A stretch of 64,000 nucleotides of DNA from an uncultured bacterium. GTDB lineage: Bacteria; SAR324; NAC60-12. The notes beneath the pieces are model-generated. The model had not been told where the DNA came from, made no database searches, and saw only the letters and a list, made by a program, of their open reading frames with translations. The stretch is taken from the NCBI GenBank assembly GCA_965662235.1, contig CBFIGY010000007.1, positions 32,001-96,000 of the forward strand, in the 5' to 3' direction. The position numbers and the translations under genes were made by a program. Of the stretch, positions 1 to 10,671 are shown one piece after another. Each line of letters opens with the position of its first letter. Position 1 is the first letter of the stretch.

Positions 1-618
1 AAAGAAGTGGGCGGCACTTCCTCCAAGCACAAACAGGTGCCAGATGGCATGATTGTAGGGAAGGCGTTTCCAGGCGTAGAAGCCGGCTCCAACAGTGTAG
101 CTCAGGCCTCCGGCAACCAGCAGAATCATGCCGATTTGGTCAATGGTCTCAAGCATCTGTGGAAGGGCGATCACACACAACCACCCCATGCCAAGGTAGG
201 CAAAGGTTGATGCTCGTGGCAGTTTGTGGATGAAGAAGATCTTGAAGATGATCCCGAGCACCGCCAATCCCCAGATGACCCCAAAGAGGCTCCAGCCCCA
301 CGCTCCCCGCATGTTGACCAGCAGGAAGGGCGTGTAGGTGCCGGCAATGAGGAGGAAAATCGCCGAGTGATCCAGGATCTTGAAGATGTGCTTGGCCCGT
401 GGATGGACCAGCCCGTGGTAAAGGGTGGAGGCGAGGTACAGCAGGATCATGCTGGTTCCGTAAACGCTGACACTGACAATGTGCCACGCGTCTCCGGCAA
501 AACTGGCAAAGGTCACCAGCACCGTGAGGCCGGCAACACTAAGAACGGCGCCGAGTCCGTGGGTGATGCTGTTGGCCAGCTCTTCTTTGAGATCATAAAG
601 CGTGGTGTGTTCTTCCAT
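1..618 (-). CDS. Hemolysin III / PAQR family membrane protein (3' end beyond window edge)
   Basis: Not in ORF track. Own translation from ATG at 618: MEEHTTLYDLKEELANSITHGLGAVLS...STLYHG...LDHSAIFLLIAGTYTPF...HAIWHLFVLGGS, which carries the HlyIII motifs. Start overlaps the HDAC stop by one base (TGATG). Confidence 0.9.
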   Translation of the reverse strand, partial: MEEHTTLYDLKEELANSITHGLGAVLSVAGLTVLVTFASFAGDAWHIVSVSVYGTSMILLYLASTLYHGLVHPRAKHIFKILDHSAIFLLIAGTYTPFLLVNMRGAWGWSLFGVIWGLAVLGIIFKIFFIHKLPRASTFAYLGMGWLCVIALPQMLETIDQIGMILLVAGGLSYTVGAGFYAWKRLPYNHAIWHLFVLGGSAAHFF

Positions 619-1577
619 CAATCCCCCGTTGATTGAGTTCCCGTCAAGACCCTAAGGTGTTCCTGCACACTTGAAGCCAAGGCTTCGAGGTGGTAGCCCC
701 CTTCCAGTAGACTCACCAAGCGCCCTTCCGCAAAGCGATCCGCGATCTGGAGCAGCTCCTGCGTGGCTTCTCGGTAGGCCGTTTCGGTCAGTTCCAGAGA
801 CGCCAACGGATCCTCCCGGTGTGCATCAAATCCTGCAGAAACCAAGACGAAATCAGGACGGTAGGCCTCAAGCGTCGGGAGCACCGTGGTCCGGAACTGA
901 GCGAGGTACTCGGCATCCTGAGTGCCTGGAAGGAAGGGGACGTTGAGGGTGTAGCCGGTGCCGAGCCCGCGACCCCGTTCCGAGTCAAAACCGGTTCCTG
1001 GGTAGCAGGTCCGCGGATGCTGGTGGGTGCTGATGAAGAAAACGTCGCTGCGTTCCTCAAAGAGGTGCTGGGTGCCGTTTCCGTGGTGAACGTCGAAATC
1101 GACAATGGCGACACGCTGGAAGCCCATCTCCCGGACGAGGAACTCGGCCGCCAAGGCGATGTTGTTGAAGAAACAGAACCCCATGGCCTCACTCTGCTCC
1201 GCGTGGTGCCCGGGAGGGCGGACGGCACAGAAGGCGTTGTCAAGGCGGCGGCTGGCGACCTCTTCCACGGCTTCTAGGGCAGCTCCAACCGCATGAAGTG
1301 CGGCCTCATAGGTCTGTCCGGAGACAATGCAGTCGGGCGAGCCCAGGGTATTGACACCGGTTTGCGCTGCTTCTTCAACCTGGGAGATGTGCTGGCGGGT
1401 GTGCATCAGGTTGACTTCATGGACGCCTGCCTTGCGTCCGGAGCGAGGCTCGAGGTGTTCAAACAGTCCGGATTCATGCAGACGTGCTTCAATGGAGCGG
1501 AGGCGTCCTGCGTTTTCCGGGTGCTCGCCGGTGTCGTGTTCCAGGTAGATGGGATTGGTAAAAAAGCCGGTGCTCAT
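618..1577 (-). CDS. Histone deacetylase family (HDAH/AcuC-like) amidohydrolase
   Basis: Motifs HPE, RPPGHHA, GFCFFNN, DFDVHHGNGTQ, SAGFDAH, LEGGY. Confidence 0.93.
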   Translation of the reverse strand: MSTGFFTNPIYLEHDTGEHPENAGRLRSIEARLHESGLFEHLEPRSGRKAGVHEVNLMHTRQHISQVEEAAQTGVNTLGSPDCIVSGQTYEAALHAVGAALEAVEEVASRRLDNAFCAVRPPGHHAEQSEAMGFCFFNNIALAAEFLVREMGFQRVAIVDFDVHHGNGTQHLFEERSDVFFISTHQHPRTCYPGTGFDSERGRGLGTGYTLNVPFLPGTQDAEYLAQFRTTVLPTLEAYRPDFVLVSAGFDAHREDPLASLELTETAYREATQELLQIADRFAEGRLVSLLEGGYHLEALASSVQEHLRVLTGTQSTGD

Positions 1578-1737
1578 GTGGTCTCAGATCCGGTTGAGGT
1601 TCCAGTGCAATCGAAACTCTAGCATACCCCACGCACAGGCTCACGAAGAAAACGGCTGGAGCGTTCGATCAAAGCCGTTACAGTAAAGGGTTCCTGATCC
1701 CGACCCGGGGCCCCGATGATTTTCACAAGGAGAGCAG

Positions 1738-2961
1738 ATGAGTGTGTACGTGCTGGGAGGTGAGCAAACCGACTTCAGTCGCAACTGGAAGAAGGAGGGC
1801 AAGGAGTTGGTGGACCTGTTCACCGAGTCCATTCAGCAGGCCCTGGAACAGACGCAGTTGGATCCGGCTGAGGTGGAGGTGGCTCATGTGGGAAACTTTG
1901 CAGGGGAACTCTACTGCAAGCAGGGGCACTTGGGCGCGTTTGTCCTGGAAGCAGATGCGCGTCTGATCGGCATTCCCACAGCACGGCACGAGGCGGCCTG
2001 TGCTTCCGGAAGCATCGCCCTGCAGGCCGCTGCGGCTGAAATCGAGGCCGGACGTTACGACCTCGCCTGTGTGGTGGGAGTGGAGCAGATGAAGACGGTT
2101 TCGCCCCGAGACGGTGGGGAGTTTCTGGGCACCGCCGCTTGGTACAGCCGTGAAGCGGAAGGCGTGGAGTTTCCGTTTCCGAAGCTGTTTGGACGGCTGG
2201 GAGACGAATACCGGGAACGTTACGGTTTGGAGTACGCCCACCTTGCCGAAATCTCCCGGATCAACTATGCCAACGCCCAAAAGAATCCCTTGGCCCAAAC
2301 CCGGAGTTGGTATGCAGAGAAGACCCTCGACACGAGTGAGTCCGACAGCAATCCGGTGATCGGTGGACCGGTTCGTCTCAGTGACTGCTCACAGATCACC
2401 GATGGCGCCGCCGTCGTGTTCCTGGCTTCAGAGCGTTACGCCCGGACGTATGCCCAAACCCGAGGCCAGTCGCTGGAGCAAATTCCGGTCATCAAGGGCT
2501 GGGGACAGCGCACGGGGCCGATGCTGTTTGACGCCAAGGTTCAGGAAAGTGCTGGGCAGCCCTATGTGTTGCCCCACGTTCGTCGAACCATTGAAGACGC
2601 CTTCCGGCGTGCAGAGCTTCCGGATGTGTTTGCTGTGGATGGGGTGGAAACGCATGACTGCTTCACGACCTCGGAGTACATGGCCATTGACCACTTTGGC
2701 ATCACCGCGCCCGGAGAAAGCTGGAAGGCGATTGAAGAGGGCGTGATCGCGCTGGGAGGGCGGCTTCCCATGAACCCAAGCGGTGGCTTGATCGGAGGCG
2801 GACACCCCGTTGGGGCAACAGGCGTCCGGATGTTCCTAGACTGCTGGAAGCAGGTGACCGGCCGAGCAGGGGCCTACCAGGTGGAAGGAGCCCGGAACTT
2901 TGCCATGCTGAACCTGGGCGGCAGTGGCACCACCAGCGTTTGCTACGTGTTGGGCGTTTGA
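1738..2961 (+). CDS. Thiolase (SCP2-type / HDCF-loop acetyl-CoA acetyltransferase)
   Basis: EAACASG catalytic Cys, DGAA, ETHDCF, NPSGGLIGGGHPVGATG. Confidence 0.88.
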   Translation: MSVYVLGGEQTDFSRNWKKEGKELVDLFTESIQQALEQTQLDPAEVEVAHVGNFAGELYCKQGHLGAFVLEADARLIGIPTARHEAACASGSIALQAAAAEIEAGRYDLACVVGVEQMKTVSPRDGGEFLGTAAWYSREAEGVEFPFPKLFGRLGDEYRERYGLEYAHLAEISRINYANAQKNPLAQTRSWYAEKTLDTSESDSNPVIGGPVRLSDCSQITDGAAVVFLASERYARTYAQTRGQSLEQIPVIKGWGQRTGPMLFDAKVQESAGQPYVLPHVRRTIEDAFRRAELPDVFAVDGVETHDCFTTSEYMAIDHFGITAPGESWKAIEEGVIALGGRLPMNPSGGLIGGGHPVGATGVRMFLDCWKQVTGRAGAYQVEGARNFAMLNLGGSGTTSVCYVLGV

Positions 2962-2988
2962 TGAAATGAGCAATTGAGGAGAGACGTT

Positions 2989-4377
2989 ATGCCGGAAACC
3001 CCGACGATTACTGCAGAGGTGGTTCAGCGTTACAACCGCCCTGGACCCCGTTACACGAGTTACCCCACGGTTCCCATCTGGCAAGAGGGTACCTTCACAG
3101 AGCCGTTTCAGGAAAGCCTGGCCAAGGAAGGCGGAAAGGACCGGGCGGTTGCGCTTTATGTCCACCTGCCGTTCTGCAAGAAGCTCTGCACCTTCTGTGG
3201 TTGCAACCGGACCATCACCAATGATCAGCAGCTGGTGGAACGCTACCTGAACGCCCTGGAGCAGGAAGTGGCCCAGGTTGCCGCCGGTTTGGGAACCCGC
3301 AAGGTTGCCGCTCAGGTGCACTGGGGAGGAGGCACTCCGACGTACCTGAACGTCGCGCAGCTCCGACGGGTCGCCGGGATCCTCCGGGAGCACTTTGACC
3401 CAGCAGAGGGAGAGGAGTGGGCCATTGAGGTGCACCCCCGAGTGACCACTCGGGAGCAGCTCGAGGTGCTCCACGAGCTCGGCTTTCGGCGCATGAGCTT
3501 TGGGGTTCAGGACATTGACGAGGACGTTCAGCAGGCGATCAACCGCTACCAGACGCTGGAGCAGACTCGGACGGCTTATGAAAGTGCCCGCGAGTTGGGA
3601 TACTCCAGCATCAACCTGGATCTGGTTTACGGACTGCCGCTCCAGAACCGTCGACGCTTCCGGAAGACGCTGGAGGAGGTCTCTCGTCTGCGTCCGGACC
3701 GTCTGGCCATTTACAGCTTCGCGCACCTGCCGTGGATGTTTAAAGCCCACGAACGGGCTCTGAAGCGAGAGGACCTGCCCAGTCCGGATGAGAAGATTGG
3801 CCTTTACCTAGACACGATCCGGCACCTGACGGAAGACGGGTATGAGATGATTGGCATGGACCACTATGCGCTTCCGGAAGACGACCTTGCGGAGGCCCGT
3901 CGAAATCGAACGCTGCACCGGAACTTCATGGGGTACACCACCCTCCATGGCATGGCGCAGATTGGCCTAGGAGTGTCGGCCATTTCCGACTTTGGCGACA
4001 GCTTCTGGCAGAACCCGAAGGAACTCAATGACTACATGGAGACGATTGAAAACGGTCGTCTGGAGCCCCGCCGAGGCCTGCAACTGGATGCGGATGATCA
4101 GATGCGTCGAGAGGTCATTGAGGAGCTGATGTGTCAGGGGGTTCTCGACTATGCGGCTTTGGAAGCCCGGCACGGCTCTCCCTTCTCTGACCTGCTGGCT
4201 GAAGTGGAGCCTGCCATGGCGAGCCTAGAAGCTGAGGAGTTGCTGACCCGGGATGCCGGGCAGCTGCAGCTCACGCCTCTTGGACGCCTGTTTGTCCGGA
4301 ACGTCGCGATGGCGTTTGACCGGTACCTGAAGGAGCAACCGAGCTCAGAGGGACCACGTTACTCACAAACGGTGTAA
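2989..4377 (+). CDS. hemN: Oxygen-independent coproporphyrinogen III oxidase
   Basis: GPRYTSYPT, YVHLPFCxxxCxxCGC radical-SAM motif, GGGTPT, LHRNFMGYTT; GAGGAG RBS before ATG 2989. Confidence 0.95.
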   Translation: MPETPTITAEVVQRYNRPGPRYTSYPTVPIWQEGTFTEPFQESLAKEGGKDRAVALYVHLPFCKKLCTFCGCNRTITNDQQLVERYLNALEQEVAQVAAGLGTRKVAAQVHWGGGTPTYLNVAQLRRVAGILREHFDPAEGEEWAIEVHPRVTTREQLEVLHELGFRRMSFGVQDIDEDVQQAINRYQTLEQTRTAYESARELGYSSINLDLVYGLPLQNRRRFRKTLEEVSRLRPDRLAIYSFAHLPWMFKAHERALKREDLPSPDEKIGLYLDTIRHLTEDGYEMIGMDHYALPEDDLAEARRNRTLHRNFMGYTTLHGMAQIGLGVSAISDFGDSFWQNPKELNDYMETIENGRLEPRRGLQLDADDQMRREVIEELMCQGVLDYAALEARHGSPFSDLLAEVEPAMASLEAEELLTRDAGQLQLTPLGRLFVRNVAMAFDRYLKEQPSSEGPRYSQTV

Positions 4378-4392
4378 CACGACGGAGGACTC

Positions 4393-4608
4393 ATGCTGAA
4401 AGACTTTGACCCAAAGGAACGCAAGGTCATGCTGGTGGTCTTTGTGGCCCTGGCGCTCAGCTTGGTGTACTTCAGCGGCGACGGCTGGCAAGGGCCGCGG
4501 TTGCCGCAGGCTCCGGAGCAGATGCTGGAACTGGACCGCATGGATCAGCGGAACCCGCTTCCGACGGTACCGGCTTCAGAGTCTCGGACCTATGAGACGT
4601 TTCTGTAG
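4393..4608 (+). CDS. Small hypothetical single-pass membrane protein
   Basis: GGAGGA RBS, one hydrophobic segment, follows hemN. Confidence 0.65.
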   Translation: MLKDFDPKERKVMLVVFVALALSLVYFSGDGWQGPRLPQAPEQMLELDRMDQRNPLPTVPASESRTYETFL

Positions 4609-4665
4609 GGAGGAAAGAAGGAGACAGGCGTCCCGGAAGGGTGCTCCGGGCGCCCGTTGCGTCGC

Positions 4666-5946
4666 TTAAGCGACTTCGAGGAGGTACTCTTCGGAAGCTT
4701 CCTGATCCGGGAGCAGGATCTCGTGATCCGTGCTGAACTGGTAGTCCCGGAAGACGTGCTCGGCTGAGAGCAGCTGGTACGATCCGTTGGACAGCTGATG
4801 CGTCGTGTCCTTGAGACGGTAGGTGTAGTGCCCACACGTCCAGATCTTGAACTTGCGCATGTGGGTACACAGGCAGGTTTTGTCCTCAACCGAAATCTTC
4901 CCCCCGTCGCTTTTGGCCAGCTCGCGGTGGTAGGCTTCGACGTAAGCGCACTTGCCGCCTTTGTCCAGAATGTAGCCAAAGGCCTCGCAGTTGGGCTTGA
5001 TGCCGGAACCAATTCCCGGTGAGTTTTTCAGCATCCGCATGGGGTAGCCGGTTGGCGAAATCGTGTTGACGATCACGTCCTCTTCCCGGGCCTTCAGGTA
5101 TTCCTGCTTGGCGCTGTCGGGCAATCCGCACTCGTGGGTCACCGTGAAGCGGGTGGCCACCTGAACCGCGTCGGCGCCCATTTCCAAGTACTCAACCGCA
5201 TCGGTTCCGGTGAAGATGCCTCCGGCCGGAATCACCGGAATGTTGAGGTCGTTTGCTTTGACGAAGGCGAGCACTTCCTCAGTGATGGTCTTGAGGTCGT
5301 AATCGGCCCAGTCGGTGCCAAAGCCGAGGTGTCCACCGGCCAAGGGGCCTTCCACGACAATGAAGTCGGGCAGCCGATTGACCCGAGCGCCTCGCTTCAG
5401 GAAGGGCTTGAGGGCCCGAACGGAGGAGACGATAATGCCCAGCATCGTGTCATGGAAGCGAGGATGGTCGGCAATGAGCTCAAAGGAGCTCAGGTGCAGT
5501 CCCGCGCTGAGGGTGATGCCGTCAATGCCCGCGTCCATGGCGGCCTGAAGCCGAACCCTGAGGGTGTCGCGGGTGTTGTTCATGGTGAGCTTCTCCATGC
5601 AGTTCACGAAGATTGCGCCACTGCCTTTGTGGGCGTTCATCGTGTTTTCCACGTGGAGCCGTTGTGCCTCCGCCAGCTGTTCTAGGTCAAACTGAACATC
5701 TGCCTTGTCGGCACTGTCCGCGTTGTCCTTGAAGGTCTTGTACTTCTGCTGGACAAATTTCGTGTTGTAGCGCCGGTCGGAAACCGTGGGAACCATGGCA
5801 TCCGAAATGTGCCCGATGCCCCCAAGTCGAGCGGCCTCCAGAGCAAGCGCAGCTGAGGAAATGTCGACCCCCATGCCTCCGGTGATGATGGGCACGTACT
5901 CTTTTCCTCTTAAGTTCAGACGAAAATCATCAACTTTTTTGGTCAT
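4666..5946 (-). CDS. Nitronate monooxygenase-like FMN protein (NPD-like; FabX/UfaA-related) with C-terminal Cys cluster
   Basis: GGMGVDIS, EGPLAGGHLG, IPAGGIFTG, VQVATRF; start chosen at ATG 5946 with an AAGGGGAG RBS. Confidence 0.8.
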   Translation of the reverse strand: MTKKVDDFRLNLRGKEYVPIITGGMGVDISSAALALEAARLGGIGHISDAMVPTVSDRRYNTKFVQQKYKTFKDNADSADKADVQFDLEQLAEAQRLHVENTMNAHKGSGAIFVNCMEKLTMNNTRDTLRVRLQAAMDAGIDGITLSAGLHLSSFELIADHPRFHDTMLGIIVSSVRALKPFLKRGARVNRLPDFIVVEGPLAGGHLGFGTDWADYDLKTITEEVLAFVKANDLNIPVIPAGGIFTGTDAVEYLEMGADAVQVATRFTVTHECGLPDSAKQEYLKAREEDVIVNTISPTGYPMRMLKNSPGIGSGIKPNCEAFGYILDKGGKCAYVEAYHRELAKSDGGKISVEDKTCLCTHMRKFKIWTCGHYTYRLKDTTHQLSNGSYQLLSAEHVFRDYQFSTDHEILLPDQEASEEYLLEVA

Positions 5947-6108
5947 TCTCCCCTTTTCATCAAGTCGTTCCGCCGGACGTCCGACGCTGCCGCCAAAAAA
6001 CATTGCAACGTCTTCCTGCGGAATTATGCTGAACAGCGTATCATAGCCGGGCGTTCTTCCGGTTAAAGTCAAAATTCCGAAGTAGCACTTTTTGAGCCTT
6101 TCAGTACC

Positions 6109-6831
6109 ATGACACAGACCGCCCGTCTCTTGGATGCCTTAAAGTTCTACCTGAAGGTTCAGGGCATCACCTACCGGAGCCTCGCGCAGCGTTTGAAACT
6201 CAGTGAATCGAGCATCAAGCGACTCTTTTCCGAAGAAAGTTTGTCCCTGAAGCGGTTGGAACGCATCCTCAAGGTGCTGGATCTCGACTTTTACGAGTTG
6301 GCAAAAATGACCCACCGGCACGAGCGGACCCTGAGCTCCGAACTGACGGAGGAGCAGCATCAGGCGCTGGTGAAGCAGCCCCGGCTTCTGCTGGTCGCGT
6401 ACCTGGTGGTCACCGGTTGGAGCCATGAGGAGATCACCCAGCAGTACAACCTGACGCTTGCAGAAGTGAACGCGCTTCTGCTGGAACTGGACCGGCTGGA
6501 GGTGGTGGAGCTGTATCCGGGAGACCGGTTGCGGCTACGGGTGTCGCGTCAGGCACTCATTGCGCCCGGAAGCCCGCTCTGGCAGCTGTGCACCGAGGAG
6601 GTCCTGCCACGTCCATCTCGTCCCACCCTTTGCCTGCCCCTTGCTCTTTCGGAAGACTCTCAGCGGTTGCTCAAGAAGGACCTAGACAAGTTGCACCGGC
6701 GGGCTTATGAGCTGGCCGAGGCTGACCAAGCGCTGGCGGCTTCAGAGCGCCAGCACACTCTGCTTTATGGACACTTTGAGGCGTGGGAACCTCCCTTCTT
6801 GCGGAGGTTCCGGAAGGAAGGCTCGGCCTAG
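6109..6831 (+). CDS. XRE-family helix-turn-helix transcriptional regulator
   Basis: N-terminal GITYRSLAQRLKLSESSIKRLFS HTH; divergent from the NPD-like gene. Confidence 0.75.
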   Translation: MTQTARLLDALKFYLKVQGITYRSLAQRLKLSESSIKRLFSEESLSLKRLERILKVLDLDFYELAKMTHRHERTLSSELTEEQHQALVKQPRLLLVAYLVVTGWSHEEITQQYNLTLAEVNALLLELDRLEVVELYPGDRLRLRVSRQALIAPGSPLWQLCTEEVLPRPSRPTLCLPLALSEDSQRLLKKDLDKLHRRAYELAEADQALAASERQHTLLYGHFEAWEPPFLRRFRKEGSA

Positions 6832-7613
6832 TTGGCCATGATGGAGTAACCGCAGTCGGCAAAGAGTAGCTGTCCGGTGATGGCCGAGGCAGCGTCGCTG
6901 AGCAGAAACGCGGTGCTCTGGGCCACTTCCTGCTGAGTAACGGTCCGGAGCATCGCCGAGTGCTCACCGGCGACCCGGAGCATCTCAGAGAAGTTCTTGA
7001 TGCCGGAAGCCGCAAGCGTCCGGATGGCTCCGGGAGAGATGGTGTTGACGCGGATGTTCTCTGGACCGAGCTGCCGGGCCAGGTAGCGTGTCGAGGCTTC
7101 CAGTGATGCCTTCGCCGTCCCCATGACGTTGTAGTTCGGAACCGCGAGGGTGGAGCCAATGAAACTGACGCTGACAACGCTTCCGGACCCACGCTTGCGC
7201 ATGAGCGGCAGCATGCCATCTGTCAGCGGTAGCAGGGAGTAGGCGCTGATCTCCTGAGCCTTCCGGAAGCCTTCTCGGTTGGTTTCCGAGAAGGGCTTGC
7301 TGAGGTCCTCATGGTCGGCATAGGCGACACTGTGCACCAGGAAGTCGGCTCCGTCGCTCCAGTGGCTGTGCAGCTGCTCCATCAGTTGAGCGATTGATTC
7401 GTCGCTGGAGACGTCACACTCGTGGATCAGGGACGCGTTCACTTTATCCCCCAGCTTCCGGACGTTGGACTCGAAGCGTCCCTTGGGGTCACGGAGGTAG
7501 GTCAGGGCCAACTCAGCGCCCAGCTCGTGGAGTTGCTCGGTGATGGCCCAGGCGATGCTGCGCTGGTTGCCCACGCCAACGATGAGCCCACGTTTTCCGG
7601 AAAAATCAATCAT
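6828..7613 (-). CDS. fabI: Enoyl-ACP reductase
   Basis: GVGNQRSIAWAI, YNVMGTAKASLE, RVNTISPGAIRTLAA. Confidence 0.93.
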   Translation of the reverse strand: MIDFSGKRGLIVGVGNQRSIAWAITEQLHELGAELALTYLRDPKGRFESNVRKLGDKVNASLIHECDVSSDESIAQLMEQLHSHWSDGADFLVHSVAYADHEDLSKPFSETNREGFRKAQEISAYSLLPLTDGMLPLMRKRGSGSVVSVSFIGSTLAVPNYNVMGTAKASLEASTRYLARQLGPENIRVNTISPGAIRTLAASGIKNFSEMLRVAGEHSAMLRTVTQQEVAQSTAFLLSDAASAITGQLLFADCGYSIMAN

Positions 7614-8484
7614 TGCTTGCCTTCGTCTTACTGTAATTGAAGTGCCCCAGGGCTTCTCCAAGCCGGATGGGCTGCCCCACCTGAACGTCTCCCCACGCCA
7701 CCTGGTCCTTCTGGAAGAGCAGGATTACGGTGGAGCCCAGTTCAAATTGTCCAAGTTCGTCCCCACGTTCAAGCGGGAGCGGGGTGTCCAGGTTCGCATG
7801 ACGGACCACAGCGCCACGCTGATTTGAAATCGCGCTATCATAGCGCACTCTGATGCGTCCGACAACCGTTGCTCCGACTTTGACCAAGGCGCATTCCCCG
7901 GCGCTAGTATCGAGGTACGAGGTCAGGCGTTCGTTGACGGCAAAGAGCCCATCCACATGCTCAACCCCGAGGGGACTGACGGTCCAGAGGTCTCCAGGGA
8001 TGTAGGAGAAGTGCCGGACGGTGCCGTCAACCATCGTGTGGATGCGGTGGTAGTTGTGGGGAGCCAGGTAGATGGTCATGAACTCGCCGCCCTCATACTG
8101 CTGGGCCCGTTCGGGATCATCAAGCAGGGCAGCGAGGGAGTAGTCAATGCCCTTGGCCTGGATCAGGCGTCCCTGAGTGATGGTGCCAAACTGACCGAGG
8201 GTGCCGTCTACCGGAGAGATGAGGGTGTTGGCGCCGGCTGCCAGGGGACGGAGGCCGGGCTTGAGCGGGCGAGTGAAGAACTCGTTGAAGGAGTGATAGG
8301 CGCTGGGAGGATAGGCTGCTTCCGACCAATCGACCCCGAACGCCCAGGCAAAGCTACGGATCAGCGGCTGCAGGAGGATTCCGGGAAGAGGCAGGTCGGC
8401 CACAAACCCGCAAAGACGTGTGAACTCCTTGCGGGGGAGTAGCGTCATCAAGTGAAACGCGAAGGGTTTTTGCGAGCTCATCAA
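7606..8484 (-). CDS. psd: Phosphatidylserine decarboxylase proenzyme
   Basis: FNEFFTRPLK, SPVDG, YLAPHNYHRIH, FELGST autocleavage motif. Confidence 0.93.
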   Translation of the reverse strand: MMSSQKPFAFHLMTLLPRKEFTRLCGFVADLPLPGILLQPLIRSFAWAFGVDWSEAAYPPSAYHSFNEFFTRPLKPGLRPLAAGANTLISPVDGTLGQFGTITQGRLIQAKGIDYSLAALLDDPERAQQYEGGEFMTIYLAPHNYHRIHTMVDGTVRHFSYIPGDLWTVSPLGVEHVDGLFAVNERLTSYLDTSAGECALVKVGATVVGRIRVRYDSAISNQRGAVVRHANLDTPLPLERGDELGQFELGSTVILLFQKDQVAWGDVQVGQPIRLGEALGHFNYSKTKASND

Positions 8485-10319
8485 CCTTCCGGCTGCAGCG
8501 CAGGAGAGGAAGACGCCTGCTTGAGCATCTCGTCAATACGCGAGCCGTCGATGATCTCTTCTTCCAGCAGCGTCTGAGCCACTTGGTGCAGCACCTCAAT
8601 GTTGTCCTGCAGCAGCTGTTTGGCGAGGTCGTAGTGGTGTTGCACCAGCTGCCGGATCTCCCGGTCAATCTCAGTCGCCGTCTCGTCGCTGTATTCCCGG
8701 TCCATGCGCATGTCCCGGCCGAAGATGTCGTGAGACTCGTCGCTGCCGAGAACAATGGGACCGAAGATGTCACTCATGCCCCAGCGCATGATCATGTTGC
8801 GGGCCATGTCGGTGGCCTGCTGAATGTCGTTGCTGGCACCTGTGGTGATCTCATTGAAGATGATCTCTTCTGCGGCGCGTCCGCCCATTGCGGTGGCAAT
8901 GCGGTGGCTGAGGTACTGTCGGTCGTAACTCCGGTTGTCGTTTTCCGGAAGGTATGAGGTCACCCCCATGGCGCGTCCACGCGGCACAATGGTCACCTTG
9001 TGGACAGGGTCCGTATTGGGCAGCAGTGCGGAGACCATGGCGTGTCCGGCTTCGTGGTACGCCGTGGTCCTCTTCTCCTTCTCATTCATCACCATGGAGC
9101 GGCGCTCCGGGCCCATGAGGACCTTGTCGCGGGCCCACTCGAAGTCGGTCAGTGCCAGAGACGTCTTGTTGTGCCGGGCGGCTCCGAGGGCGGCTTCGTT
9201 CACCAAATTTTTCAGGTCGGCACCGGAGAATCCCGGAGTGCCCTTGGCGACCACGGAGAGGTCAACCCCTTCCGCCATCTGTACCTTGGAAGCATGGATC
9301 TTGAGGATCTCCTCCCGTCCCCGCACATCTGGCAGCGGGACGTGGACCTGGCGGTCGAAGCGTCCGGGACGCATGAGCGCAGGGTCGAGGACGTCCGGAC
9401 GGTTGGTCGCCGCAATCACAATGATGCCTTCGGTCGCATCAAAGCCGTCCATTTCCACCAGCAGCTGGTTGAGGGTCTGCTCGCGTTCGTCGTTGCCGCT
9501 GCCCAGTCCGGCGCCTCGGCTTCGGCCTACCGCGTCGATTTCGTCAATGAAGACAATGCAGGGCGCGTTGCGGCGGGCTTCTTCAAACAGGTCCCGAACC
9601 CGGCTGGCCCCGACGCCGACAAACATTTCCACAAAGTCAGAACCGCTCATGCTGAAGAAGGGCACTCCTGCTTCCCCAGCCACGGCTTTGGCCAGCAGCG
9701 TCTTTCCGGTTCCCGGAGACCCGGACATCAGCATTCCCTTTGGAATGCGGCCTCCCAGTTTGCGGAACTTGGCAGGGTCTCGAAGGAACTCAATGGTCTC
9801 ATAGAGTTCTTCCTTGGCCTCTTGCACCCCGGCAACGTTTTCAAAGGTGATCTGCAGCTGGTCGGGCTCGATCTTGTTGGCCTTGTTGCGTCCCAAGGAA
9901 AACATCTTCCCGGCGCCTCCGGATCCCTGCATGCGTCGCATCAGGAGGATCCAGATGCCGAAGATCAGCAGGAACGGTCCCCAGTGAATGAAGAGGCTGA
10001 GGTACCACGGCAGCCCGGGTTCCGGCATGTAGTTGAACTGCACTCCGTTCTGCCGCAGCATGTCCACCACTCCCGGATGCTCCGGAGGAACATAGGTGCG
10101 GTAGGGATTGCCATCGGCCAGGACGCCTTCAATGCGGGAATCTCCGATCATCTGCGCGTTGATGACTTCACCGGAGAGGACCGAGTTGCGGAAGTCGCTG
10201 TAAATGATTTCGTTCATGCGTTGGCCCGAGGAGGAGCCATTGAACATGTTCACAAGGAACAAGGAGAGGACCAAGACGCTGAGGATGATCAGCAGGTTCT
10301 CACTTTTGAATCCCTTCAT
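8481..10319 (-). CDS. ftsH: ATP-dependent zinc metalloprotease FtsH
   Basis: Two TM segments, GSPGTGKT Walker [20 protein letters not shown]. Start codon uncertain (10319-10352). Confidence 0.97.
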   Translation of the reverse strand: MKGFKSENLLIILSVLVLSLFLVNMFNGSSSGQRMNEIIYSDFRNSVLSGEVINAQMIGDSRIEGVLADGNPYRTYVPPEHPGVVDMLRQNGVQFNYMPEPGLPWYLSLFIHWGPFLLIFGIWILLMRRMQGSGGAGKMFSLGRNKANKIEPDQLQITFENVAGVQEAKEELYETIEFLRDPAKFRKLGGRIPKGMLMSGSPGTGKTLLAKAVAGEAGVPFFSMSGSDFVEMFVGVGASRVRDLFEEARRNAPCIVFIDEIDAVGRSRGAGLGSGNDEREQTLNQLLVEMDGFDATEGIIVIAATNRPDVLDPALMRPGRFDRQVHVPLPDVRGREEILKIHASKVQMAEGVDLSVVAKGTPGFSGADLKNLVNEAALGAARHNKTSLALTDFEWARDKVLMGPERRSMVMNEKEKRTTAYHEAGHAMVSALLPNTDPVHKVTIVPRGRAMGVTSYLPENDNRSYDRQYLSHRIATAMGGRAAEEIIFNEITTGASNDIQQATDMARNMIMRWGMSDIFGPIVLGSDESHDIFGRDMRMDREYSDETATEIDREIRQLVQHHYDLAKQLLQDNIEVLHQVAQTLLEEEIIDGSRIDEMLKQASSSPALQPEG

Positions 10320-10572
10320 TTGGTTCAGTCCGAAAGTTTTGCAGGAATCCACCGTCGTCAGGTGGTCTTTTTCATTTGGCTTCTTACCTTAACACAGCCC
10401 TTATCAGGGATTAAGCTAAAAAATGCTGCGAAGTTGTTACGAATGCTGCTAGGCCGAGGCATTTTTCTCGGCATCGCTCAGGGAAAAACCGTTCCCTTAG
10501 GGAAACCGGACCGCGCGGAAACCCCGAGACCAGAAAAAGCACGGCCTGTGGACGCCTTGGCGACGGTTAGGA

Positions 10573-10601
10573 TTGCCCCTGACAGAAGGGAATCGTATTC
10601 T
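10573..10601 (+). promoter_or_regulatory. Candidate sigma70 promoter for the DUF1289-MATE operon
   Basis: TTGCCC-N17-TATTCT. Confidence 0.4.
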
Positions 10602-10671
10602 GAAGTGTTGCGCCGCCTCAGCTGCCCAAACCCTGCTTTCCTGAAACAACGCCAACCTGAGAGTCAAGCAC

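Noticed and set aside
7..636. ORF-track calls 7-210, 149-487 and 226-636
   Set aside because: The real gene is the minus-strand hemolysin III ORF (618 to window edge), omitted from the track because its stop lies outside the window.
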